Shown: positions 23,001 to 33,673, counted from the first letter of the whole stretch. The stretch: 41,027 nt of DNA, filler included, from Orbicella franksi (GCA_964199315.1; 2 parts of 2 records of this genome joined end to end with filler, not necessarily neighbours in it); one strand, 5' to 3'. Made by a program: numbers and translations. Notes: generated by a model from the letters alone, not told the origin.

Positions 23001-26000
23001 AAAAACATTAAGATGAAATCCGATAGGAAATCAAGCAATTCAGCTTTTAGAGGACAGAAACCTTGAACCAGAATAATTTTAAGTATTTCTATGGTCCTTT
23101 TTTCATTTTTTAGAAGCTTAAGATACAAATAGTTGCCTGAAAATAAGCAAAATAAATTTCACAGGTAACATTTCACTATTGTGGTCATTTCGCCAGTACT
23201 GTCAAGTGTTTCAATATGAACTTCAAAATGCTTTTCAACATCTGGTGTTGTTGGTAATTAAAACAGTCCCACAGACGTTTGCAATACAATGTAAAAAATC
23301 TTGGTACAAAGTTTTACTCCACTTGATTCCTTGTTAAATCTTAATAATTAAGATTGAATTAATTCCCATTTGTCATAAATTAGCCAAATTACCCTAAGTA
23401 GATGAGAAGCAAACACTTAAACCTTTCAGCCACTCAGCTGTCAGTACTGGGCTAATTACACCTCAAGCTCTTTGTATTGCTGTATCCACAGGTGTAAAGG
23501 CAAGTCAAACCACTACAGAGTACTCAACAAGAAAAACATGTTCACTGTTGATAACAAGCAGCAATTTAGCAGCTTGTCTCATCTGGTAGAGGTGAGCTGT
23601 GAATAATGATAAGTCAATTGTCTGAGAAGTACACTGTATATTAAGGTGGCTGGTACCAGTTTTCTCGCGCGGTGAGTAGATCACCATCATGCGTCATGCG
23701 TGAGTAACACGTACGATAGAGGCGCAAGATTTAAAACCGGAAAGTCCCAAACAAATATGGCGGCGCGGGGCTTTTACCTCGCACGGTCACTTTAGTACGG
23801 AATTCGCATTTAAAGGAGGCTTTACCTGCTAGAACAACTTTAGTCAATTCTGTGTATTTAAGAAAAATTGTTTCGGGAATTCAATGTTTCCCAAATTTCA
23901 AAGGAAACTTGATCGATCTTGACAGCCACCGGAAGCGTATAAGGGACTCGCAAAACATCGCAAATCTACCCAGAATTTGTGTGAAAATCCTACAGAGTAA
24001 GCCCAGGAGGTTGTCTTTAACAACAACTACAACTGTAAATGAAGTTTTAGCAGCAAACAAAACAAAACGCCTGTTCGGAGCCCGCTCGCCTGTGCAGGCA
24101 CACGAAGCAGTCAGTGGTAGTCAAAACAGCTCATGAGCAACTGCTGATCTTATAAAGTCTGGATTTTTGAATGTGTGTCTATGCACGTGGGAGTAACGGA
24201 ACTCGCGAAGGCTTTTACATGAAAGCAAACCCAGTGACCCCTTTTTTTTATTGTTTTAATATAATATTATTGAGAGGAAGCATCAGAAAAAAGGTAAAAA
24301 ATACTACGGAAGGAAATTTGCACTTCGTGCAAATTGTCGTTTTTCCAAGTTTACAAGAAATTGGCTCCGTAAAATTATTTTAAAATTGTTGTGCATATTC
24401 ATTTTCTGATGCCAAAAGCTATTGATTAAAGGGTCACCGGTCAATTTTTTAGTTATTAGTGACATAAGCAAAAAATCAGGTCTGGAAAATCATTTTAGAA
24501 TGTTGCCATGGTAACTACTGACAACAAAATAACAGCTTATTTAGATCAAGTATAAATTATATAATCCAAACTTACAAAAATATTACAATGGCCCTGGTCT
24601 GCCTTTTTGTTCTATTCTTACAAAGTTATGAGCCGTCAAAAACCTGAAAACTGGTACGAGCCACCTTAAGTTAAAGATCTAGATAAAGAAAAGAAAGGGA
24701 TATCTAAGCTAGGTTATCCAGTGGATATAAGAAAGAGAGGTATTGAGGTTGAGAAAAGGAAGGAGGCAGGCAGGTAAGAAGAAGCTCATATGCTCTCACA
24801 CGAGGGAAGGAGGGACTGAGCGAGAAAAAATGGTTATATTGGGTTACATTTTTGCATACAGGAAGTACTGATTGAATTGTTTTCTTAACTAGAATATTAC
24901 TGTGAAACTAGACCATTGATATTTACTTTCCAGTATTACAAACACCAGCGTGGTTCTCTGAAAACACAACTCACTAAGCCTGTGAAATTGGACAAAGAAC
25001 AGAGAGGTAAATGCAGATTATATCTTATTATTTTGGTGTGAATGGTAAACACAATTTGAAGTTCAAGAGTTTTTACATGGAGTTGCATACAAATAGTTGT
25101 TAAAAGTATTCTTTGATATATACAGAAAGAGGGAATCAGAGTACATTGTATCCAATTTTGCCTTGTCTCCTTTAGTACTCATCACTCTTTACTGTATCAA
25201 AAAATTGCCAAACAGAACATATTTTAAAAAGAAATGTATGGTAATCAGTAACTAGAGACTGACTGGCTCAAAACAAGTATTTCTCACACACCACTGGTAG
25301 CAATGTTAAGCTGACTGCTGCAGCCTGACCTTTATTGCAAAATCAAAGCTAATACAAATAACGAAAACACCTGTACATTATACTTTAAAATCTTCCGGTG
25401 AGTGGGTGGGAAAGTCGACAGTGGCAGATGCAACAGAAAAGACTGCCCACCCCACAGGTGACATGACCGATACCAAGGCCCCTAGCGGTGTGTGAGAAGA
25501 ACATTTTTCACTTATGTCATTCACTCAGCCAGTGAAAAATTACTCTTCTCTGTTTTGCAGGTCTTATTCCACCAGCCATTCTTGCAAGAGGCAGTAAAGC
25601 CAAAGCAGCATACAGACGAGCCTTAGAACGTGGTAAAACATGTGACATCCGTGTGCGAGTCATGCTGATTGGACAAGACCATGCGGGTAAGACAAGTGTT
25701 AAGAGATCTTTGAAGGGTGACAAGTTCAACAGAGATGAAGCCAGCACAGCAGGAGTGCAGATGGACCTTCCCTTGTTAAGCGTTGGAGAACGGCCGTGGA
25801 AGCCAGCATCCCAGTCTGATGAAACAACTACTGTGTTTGATCATAAGAGTGCACAGCTAGTGGCTCGGCAGCTGTCAGGAAGTTCTGATGAACTGGAAGA
25901 GCCGCCCACCAAACGCAGTTCTTGTGATATGCTTGAGGAGTGTCCTGTAGAAAAGAAATGTCATGCTAATGGAGTAGGCAGCTCTGAATCTAATGCTGAT

Positions 26001-29000
26001 TTGGAAAAGTTTCATTCTCAGACCAGTGTTCTATCCAATGGGATAGGAAGCTCTCAAGGTTCACCACTCTCCCCACCCATGGGAGGTAAATATCAATTTG
26101 GATTATGTGTAGTACTAAAATTAGCACTTAGGTTGTAGAATCTTAGAAGTGGTGCGAGTTAAAACATGCAAGTTAGTAGGGACTGACTAGGTACATGCAG
26201 TTGTAAGTCCTACTGTGAAAGGATTTTATGAATCAAAGTACTTCTAAGTACTTATTTTTAGAAACTAATTTTCCATTTTACGCAACGTTTTTGATTAAGT
26301 TTGTTTTTTGTTTGCATCTTTATTTGTTTGTCTTGTGTGCTTAATTAATCCTTGTTGTAGTACATCAGCAGGGAAGTGAAAATAATGGCAATGATGTTGT
26401 ATGCCCCTGACTGTTCATCAACCAACTGTTTTGTTGTTAGCTTGGCACTGTCATTTTGTAGTTTAAAGGTGAATTTCCACATTCGCGTCTTCTCGCGCGT
26501 GTTGAACCACATTTATTTTTTTCCATGGACCTAGGCCGTCCAGTTTTTAAATTTCATCATTTTATTTAACACGATTTTTACTTTGAAATTCAAGCCATTT
26601 AACGCGGGTGAGATAACGTAGCAGTGGGAATTTCGCTTATATGTTTTCTCCTAGAGTGTGCCAGGTTTGGCTGTGTACATAGTAACTGGTTACTTTTCAG
26701 TGCTTCATTGATGTTCATTTAAGGATCCTTCCTTAAATTCCAACATAAGGGTGAAAGTTGTTTGTCACACACAATCATTTCTCCTTGTCTTTAGCAGTGA
26801 GTCATATGGAGCCTACCTCGCCAATCTTTCAAGATGAAGTGTTCACTAATGATCACGATCCGTTTGGTGATCTGCCACAGGAGATCATCAGCTTGGTAGA
26901 AGGTATCCTCGTACAAGACAATCAAACAACTGCAGTCGACGAGATATGGCCAGTAATCTGGGACTTTGCAGGCCAATCCCTTTATCATGCCATACATCCG
27001 ATATTCATGTCACGGGAGGCTGTATATCTGTTGGTATCTGACCTAAGCAAAGACCTGTTCCAAAGGCCAGACACTCGTGCAAAACCTTGTGAACAGTCGC
27101 GTGAGCGGGGGATGGAGATGTCAAACAGGGGCGACTCCGGTCTTGATCATCTCATGAAATGGATGGACTTGGTTCATTCTTTTCAGGATCCCAGCAGTGT
27201 GGATTCCGTAGACATTGCTCAGCCACCTGTCATATTAGTTGGAACGCATGCAGACAAAGTGGTCGGTGATCCATGGCGCGTTATGAATGTCATCTTGGAC
27301 AGTTTTGAGGGAAAGGCCTTTTCATCGCATATTGTTGACGAGAAATTTGTGGTCGACAATACTCGTGCTGGTCAACCGTTTCAACATGAAGATCAAAATG
27401 TCCAGAGGCTGAGGAAGAAGATTCTTTCCGTAGCTGCAACGTTACCTCACACAAAGCGAGAAATTCCTCTGCAGTGGCTTCGCGTTGAGAAAGTACTCCA
27501 TCGGCTAGCCAGCAGTGGCGTCAAGCACATTACTAAGACGGATTTCAAAGCCATTTCTAACAGAATATGTCAGTTTGAATTCCAGGAAGATAGTGAAGAG
27601 CTGCTTCATTTCCTGTGTGATTGTGGTGCAGTTCTTTACTTCAACGAGGCTGACAATTCCAGCAGCTTGGTTATTCTGGACCCACAGTGGTTAATCAATG
27701 TCTTTTGTCAAATCATAACTGTTGTTCCAAGCAAGAAAGAACCAATGCGAATCCGTGAACATCGCCGGACCCTTGCTAAAGATGGCATCTTGTCCCAAGA
27801 ACTTATCAACTATGCTTGTCAGAACCTCAGCCTTTCACTTTCCCAAAACTCGCTTCTTTCGATCATGGAAAAATCCAACCTCATTTGTCGCTGGGATGTT
27901 CAGAAGGACAAGGTGCTCATTCTTGTGCCTTCAATGATGACTGCCAAGCCAGAAGAGGAAATATCAGGATTAATTTGCCAAGGCTCAGTTGGACCAATTT
28001 ACATTCAGTTTCACACTGGATATGTGCCTTATGGCTTGTTTTCCAGATTCCTTGTGTTGTTTGGTCAGTACGCCTCCCACGATCTTGCTGCCCGACCGCC
28101 CAAACTTTCCGCAAATGCAGCCCGATTTTTTATTTGTAAGAGAAACAACTACAATCTGACGTTCGCTTGCTTCAAGAGTGTCATCACAATTCATTTGGTT
28201 CATGAGGGCAAGTCAGAGGACGGCCAAGAGACTGTTACCATCTGTCAGCAAGTCTGCAGGTTTGTAGAACTGGAGTTTGAGCAAACCTTTTAGTTTACCG
28301 TAAAGGATCCCTGTCAGCCACACGTTTGTTTTTGTTTACATGCGAGAGTTTGGCCGTTATATTTTGTTCCGAGCATGTCAAAACAAAGGAAATCACTGTG
28401 AAACTTTTAATATTTTCATTGAACATTGTGATTTTTTTTTTAGCAAGAGTGAGTACAAATAAAGATTGATTGATTGATCAGAAATGCGAACCATTTAACC
28501 GAAAATCCCGGAAATTCCGAGATGAAAATCAATAGGAACAGAAATTCCCAGAAAAAATTTTCGGAAATTTGGGTACAGCTCGCGGATGTGTCCTCTTTTC
28601 CGAAAACTGTGGAAACTGTTGTTCCATTGGCCACTAGACATTTCTGGGAATGTTGAATGGAAAGCACCCTACACTGTCATAATCCTGTTTTTTGTGTACG
28701 TTACACTAAGCTTAACCAATCAACTATTTGCGCGTGGTTGATTTGGTATAGACGAGTACATTGTTCGTGTTATTATGGGGGGTCTTATTTGACTTCATTT
28801 TTTTCCTCTGTAAGTGTATAGCTTGGACGCGCATGTATTTTTAGCGCGAGGATCACCGTATGTGTAGTAATGGTTGATTATTGTCGTCTTCAGTTTTGTT
28901 GAAGACATTCTTCAGTTTCTTGCTGAGCAGTGTCCATGGCTACACTCCATGACATGGCAGCTGTGTGCTCGCTGTGATCTGTGTGTTGGTGAAGATGAAG

Positions 29001-30551
29001 ATCCTGAGGGCTGTTCATGGCATCATGTCCACTCCTGTCTTCACCCTGACTGCGCGCACTTCATTCCCTTAGCCTCACAACCTTTAAGATGTGATAGGAC
29101 CTATAAGCTGAACTCCGTACTTACTGTGGACAAGATTCAACCCTGGATGAAGGTACGTACAAACTGAGAATAATCTACTATTACAGAATCAATCGTGAAG
29201 GATTTGAAGTCTGCCTGGGTTGGCGTTGGGTTTGTTCTCCACAAAACACCTTTTCAGGTTAAGTAGCCATTCTGTAAGTTGTCAGTGTAACTTGGATATA
29301 ATGGACTGTTTGTAAGTTGATCCAGGGACGAGGTTTTTTCCAAACATTGACGATTTTCATCTCTCAGGCTGAACTGGAACTAGCCCACTAAAGAGAATGG
29401 TGCACGGCTCAATTTGAAGATTTTTTAGCTGCCTTTATGACGATCTAGGTTTAATTCTATTTGAAGTCTGTTCTACGGATTGTAATAACTTTTCCAAGAA
29501 GCCTTAATTACATGAGACTGACACAAGTTTGTGGTTTATCAGGAGAACTGTCAAGTCAGTAAACCTCAGTGAACAGTGTACAATGGTTATATACAAAGCA
29601 ATTGTAAACAATGTTCGACTAAACGGCTTTGAAAACAAGGTTGATGAGTGCACGAGTGAAAGGGACATACCTTAAACATCCCTGTTTTAGAAAAAGTTCA
29701 ATGTTCTTGCTAAAGATATCGTTTAACATAATCGTGCTAGCTTTTAGTCGTTTTAAAGATTAAAGTTTTTATTAATGTCCAATATTTGTTTTCTCTTCGT
29801 TTCTCAGTATTTCGACTACAGAGATCAGAAAACAGGTAAACGTGTCTTGTAGCCTGATAATAAAATCTTTCAGTTTCTAAAGAGTAAACATGGTGTACCT
29901 ATGGGAATAAAAGCTAGTTGGTGATACAGTTGTGAAGCTGGTGATTCAGTTGTCAATGAGTGGTGTAATTTTATTGTAGAGTTGGTAAGTAGTAAAGGAA
30001 AGATCGGCAAGGTAGGAAAATTTCTCCTTCCCAGCTAAGATTCTAGTGTTTTGTGCTCATCCCTAATCTGGTAGACTTTCTTAGTCTGCAGTTAAATGTT
30101 GAGTGGGAAGAGTTGATTACGATAAAAATGAATGTTGAGGAATGTAGCTGCTATTCCATATCTACCTGAAAATGAGTTATTTACACAGTTTCCAAAGATT
30201 GAGCGGTTATGCTTTTAACTTGATACAATTGATTGTCTTGTAGATGGACTTCGTTTTAAACCTGGTCTTGTTTCCAGTAATGATCTGCTGCACATAGCAC
30301 GTGACGTGGGCGTACAGTGGGATTCATTAGGTCGCGTTCTGTTGGGTGAGAAGGAAGTGGAACACATTGACTACGACCAGAAGACACTGTTTGAAAAGTG
30401 CTTCGGTATGCTGACTAGCTGGACAAGAGCTCGAGGATCCAGTGCTACATACGCTGCGTTGGGACAGGCGTTAATGCAGGATCGGCACACACAAGATCTT
30501 TGTTCAAAGTATTGCTTGGCATCGCAGGGAGTGCTTGAAAGTAGTGTCTGA
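19283..30551 (+). CDS. Multidomain ROCO protein: SH2 (5'-incomplete) - ubiquitin-like - SH2 - Roc GTPase - COR - Cys/His-rich segment - Death domain; at least 11 exons, at least 1124 aa
   Basis: Exons 19283-19385, 19927-20035, 21100-21376, 22586-22714, 23492-23591, 24934-25006, 25561-26085, 26795(or 26798)-28259, 28894-29152, 29808-29835, 30244-30551. All are GT-AG and phase-compatible, giving one open frame to TGA 30549-30551. AATAAA at 30687. That all exons form one transcript is inferred from frame continuity. Confidence 0.8.
20150..20402. repeat. Interspersed repeat (gaggtgaata/cacctcgg family)
   Basis: Recurrent gaggtgaata and tatataccac motifs in both orientations. Non-coding. Confidence 0.5.
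21100..21376 (+). CDS. Ubiquitin-like domain exon (phase 1 to 2)
   Basis: IQLRVIVESKTFSLLTSPFNQVLTLKEQVEELSGVPADCQLLELDGKPLVMDTFLLCDYHIMENSTIYVQV matches the ubiquitin-fold pattern (LKxxIxxxxGIPxxxQxLxxxGKxL...L.DY.I...STI). No C-terminal GG. The donor GA|gtaagt overlaps the ORF-track stop. Confidence 0.85.
21529..21896. mobile_element. MITE with AGCCCCGGCCAAA terminal inverted repeats and internal caaca/tgttg palindromic motifs
   Basis: Left end aagccccggccaaac; right end atttggccggggct. ~370 bp, no coding capacity. It explains the six overlapping spurious ORFs at 21498-22002. Confidence 0.85.
22165..22360. repeat. Hexamer microsatellite (TGACAA)n with TGATAA/GGACAA/TGACAC variants
   Basis: Directly visible tandem array of about 30 units. 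It produces the poly-DN, poly-TM and poly-SL ORFs and is intronic in the Roco model. Confidence 0.97.
22586..25006 (+). CDS. SH2 domain 2, complete, three exons
   Basis: WYVGKMSASDIDCVVSQLSDVTDGMFLVRESISHPGCYYLYVW|CKGKSNHYRVLNKKNMFTVDNKQQFSSLSHLVE|YYKHQRGSLKTQLTKPV. Shows the WYxG start, FLVRES signature, HYRV strand and F..L..LVE.Y helix. Exons 22586-22714, 23492-23591, 24934-25006. Confidence 0.92.
22792..22924. repeat. Near-perfect foldback (about 50-bp arms) with two central GGGCTTAGCCC motifs
   Basis: ctcaaaaggctcttaaaagtgtcaaatagttgctggttaactaaatg is the exact reverse complement of catttagttaaccagcaactatttgacacttttaagagccttttgag. Weaker similarity extends ~30 nt further on each side. 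Confidence 0.9.
23641..24669. mobile_element. Non-autonomous TTAA-specific DNA transposon (Kolobok-like), 1021 bp
   Basis: TTAA|GGTGGCTGGTACCAGTTTT at 23641 and AAAACTGGTACGAGCCACC|TTAA ending 24669 form 19-bp TIRs with 1 mismatch and a TTAA target duplication. Purine-purine termini fit Kolobok better than piggyBac (CC-starting). No transposase ORF. Confidence 0.85.
25281..25498. mobile_element. MITE (~220 bp)
   Basis: Inverted ends ttctcacacaccactgg and ctagcggtgtgtgagaa. Confidence 0.6.
25561..27460 (+). CDS. Roc GTPase domain (two exons, with long low-complexity insertion)
   Basis: Pre-Roc helix IPPAILARGSKAKAAYRRALERGK; P-loop RVMLIGQDHAGKTS; switch I STAGV; G3 IWDFAGQSLYHAIHPIFM; G4 LVGTHAD; FVVDN. 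Confidence 0.92.
26464..26640. mobile_element. Probable short MITE
   Basis: Imperfect inverted ends taaaggtgaatttccac and gtgggaatttcgctta. Confidence 0.4.
27461..28259 (+). CDS. COR domain
   Basis: IPLQWLRVEKVL...LLHFLCDCGAVLYF...VILDPQWLINVFCQII...GIL...LVPSMM...PYGLFSRFLV follows the COR-A/COR-B pattern. Confidence 0.88.
28483..28671. mobile_element. MITE fragment (ttccgg/ggaaattcc; end gaatggaaagcacccta)
   Basis: Resembles a coral MITE end I recall (reverse of tagggtgctttccattcaac). Non-coding, in an intron. Confidence 0.5.
30244..30551 (+). CDS. Death domain terminal exon
   Basis: DLLHIARDVGVQWDSLGRVLLGEKEVEHIDYDQKTLFEKCFGMLTSWTRARGSSATYAALGQALMQ shows the death-fold pattern (W..LGR.L....I..I......E....ML..W....G..AT...L..AL). 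Phase-1 acceptor at 30244. Confidence 0.88.
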
Positions 30552-32554
30552 AAGAAGATGATCGGGAACTAATAGGCAAGGAATGGGAGAATCTCCTCTC
30601 AAGGTATACTCTCTGAGAGTTTATTTATTCCAAGGTGTAGGTATGTTTGTAAAACTACCTGGCCTGATTATTCTTTTCCTTATGTGAATAAAATAATCAG
30701 TAACTTAAAAGAGAAAAGCGCATTACCGATTTCAAATAACACTGTTTCACGTTCTTCCTAAGAATTTGTGCAAAACGAAGACCCTCGTGTATATTGTTTG
30801 TAACTAATTTATGTAAAGGTATATGGAAAAGCTGATCCGTGAATGAGTGGTCAGCTCTCGTACGTACAGCTATACAACAAGATGTAATTATTTAAGCTAA
30901 GTACAAATAGAAGATAGATAAAATAAATAGATAAATGATAATCGAGTAAAAATCCATCCGCGCGCTTTTTCTAATGCATTAGGTGTAAATCTATGACAAG
31001 AAATAATTGGACTGAAATAACAGAAAAAATTGAAGCAAATTTCAGTAAGAATTCTGCTAAAACAATGTGATTATTCGCTCTCGATTTCTATGAGGTAATA
31101 GCTTATTCGGCCTGCGGCCTCATCAATTATTGCCTTACAGAAATCTTGATCTCATAATCATTTTTTTTTCTAATAGAAAAGCAGTAGAAGTTAGGGAGAA
31201 CGACAAATGCTGTGGGAACACGAGCCGATAGGTGAGTGTTTTCACAGCTTTTCCGAGAGAAGTGATCTTATATCTCGATAGCAACACGAAGAACTAAGTG
31301 TTCTCTACTTCTTTTGGAAAGCACCGTGAGAAAAAGATGGAAAGAAAGAAAAATCTTTTGTTCAATTATCAAAATGTATGTTGTCTTTGCTGGTGCTGTT
31401 GGTGCGCGCTTTCTTACAGGGTGTTTTCTAAACGTGAATATCAATCATACCCCGACTTTCATATTTTGGTTTCATTGTCTCAGGGAATTGTTGATCCAGA
31501 GTAACTAAAGAACGTGGATGACTTGAGATTTTGCCTCATCAAATTTAGGGAGCCAAAGTTTTTGCACCGACTAACTTTTCAATTACAGATTAGTACTGAA
31601 ACTACAGGCATTCGCCACTACCTACACCAACCAGCTTGGTTAGTATTAGCGATTGGTTTTACCTTACACGTTGAGAAATAGACGAAAGGGAAGGAAAATA
31701 TAAAATTTAAAAAAAATGGAAGAAATTGTGCCTGCTTGAAGTCATGTCGTTAACGTGTTGTAATGTATTTTGTTTATCCTTAAAATCTTAGTGTTAATGA
31801 AGGTAATTTAAGAGAATGTTGTGATCTGTGGTAGGAATAAAGGAAACATTGTAATAACGTATGCTGTCCTCCCCTTATCCTTTCTTGCGGTTCTTTTCAG
31901 TAGTCGAATATTCTCTTAGTCACTTCCCTGTACCATCTATTCCACGTTCATGTTTTAAAAACGGGATTGTCGAAGCTTGGTACACGTTTAGTGTGTGATA
32001 TCAGTTCACAGTAAAATTCTTGCTCTGGCTGCGCCACTGTCAGTCATCTCTTGTTGTAAGTGTCGGCCGACAGGTGGTGAAGGTGAACCCTTCCTGTGAC
32101 ATTCGAACATTTAAATTACATTTTATAATTGCAAACAAACCTTCGGTCGTGGGCTCATTTCCGTTTCTCGTGAGAGAAAGATCTCAGTTTCTGGTGAAAT
32201 ATTCCGTATTCAATAATTTTGATTGATGTAATGTCGGGAAACCCTAAAGCATGGAATCCGGAACTAGAATCCTAGAAACCAGAGTAACGACCAGTATTGA
32301 ACTGGCAACGAACTGTAACAAAACATTTGTTCAGAGCAACCCCTAGCTGTACATCTCGCCCGGTTGAACAAAAAGGTGGATAACGTAATCTATCCATTGG
32401 GTAAATCACCATCCAGTCAGGGTTGATGATTTTTCGGGTGGATAGAGTTGCCATCCTTTGTTGAACCTGGCCCCGGCGGGAGCACGGTTCCTGTGAGTGT
32501 CCCGATTACATTACCCTGAAAAGACTAGCGAGTTGCACAACAGCAACAAGCTAT

Positions 32555-32748
32555 AGGCCCTTTGCAGGATCCGGTCACATGGTACGGAATTAATTACGCT
32601 GGGACGCAAGTTACGTAGTGAGACTTCCAAAACAAAGGAAAGTCGGGCTGGACTGGTACAAGTTCCTTTGGTTTGGAAGTCCCACTGCGTAACTTGTGTC
32701 CCAGCGTAATTAATTCCGTACCATGTGACCGGATCGTGCAAAGGGTCT
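32555..32748. mobile_element. Foldback MITE (~195 bp, ~85-bp arms)
   Basis: tttgcaggatccggtcacatggtacggaattaattacgctgggacgcaagttacg pairs with cgtaacttgtgtcccagcgtaattaattccgtaccatgtgaccggatcgtgcaaa. Confidence 0.9.
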
Positions 32749-33673
32749 GTTGTCACAACATTGACATCAAAGTGATGTTTGCGTGCGATGAGTTTCTGGC
32801 AATTTTTCACCATCTTTTAGCAACATATATGGTCCGATCCGTTCGCAAGCAAGAAGGACAAGGAAGTAAGTGTGCAACAGTTCCATAAATTATTTTAATA
32901 TGATGGCTTACAAGAATATCTGATGCTGATTTGTAATAGTATCGGTCTGACAATAGTGTTACTCTAGAATTCATCTCGGCGTATGATGGGAACAACAAAC
33001 TTATTTAGACGAGCCAGGTTAGCCTTGCGATATCGAAAGTGAGAGGCGCGACCGTCGAAGGCGTCGAGGTACAGCTTGTTGCCACTGACGGAGAGCCTGT
33101 TCTTTATAAAATTAAAATTTGCTAGCTTCTTCTCTGGACATGAAGGCCACTCTGGTAAATTTTCCCATGACAATAGCTCTCACCAGGTTGCACGAATTTC
33201 GACAGGCGGGGGATCCTTGTTTCTATACAAGTGAAGTTTAGGGGTCCTTTTTATTGGCCTCTTTAATTTTACAGGCAACGTAATTTTCGCGTATTTGAAG
33301 AACTTATTTTCTTTGATTTGAGACTGATTCCGGATTCCGATTTCAGGATTCGATTTCAGGATTCGATTTCAGGATTCGGTTTCCCGATTCCATATTTTAG
33401 GGTTTCCCTGAAATGTTGTTTACATTCTCAGGAAAGTCATGATCAAGTGACAACAAATTTAGCCGAGCTATGCAGGTTATGTCATCAGTATGGCACTTTT
33501 TGGAAGGCTTACCAGCATCGGCCCAGCATCGGTTATTTCTTCCTTCCATCCCTGTCCATCTTTTATGCGTTTCAATTGATGCAACAATATATGTCCTCAT
33601 ACATGACAACCTACCTTCTTTGAAGCATTTACCGCTCTAATTGTATTGTGGGCTCCATTGATGGTGAAACAAC

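Noticed and set aside
23852-24383. ORFs inside the TTAA element as a transposase
   Set aside because: Short, with no DDE or zinc-finger motifs; the element is non-autonomous.
32020-32226. ORF containing FLVRE as a third SH2
   Set aside because: Lacks the upstream W..G, the helix pattern and the downstream HY strand; a chance 5-mer.
32964-33173. In-frame TGA upstream of the minus ORF as selenocysteine or antizyme-type recoding
   Set aside because: The TGA coincides with a possible splice donor (TG|gtgaga), and no SECIS, UCC-UGA frameshift context or family similarity was seen.
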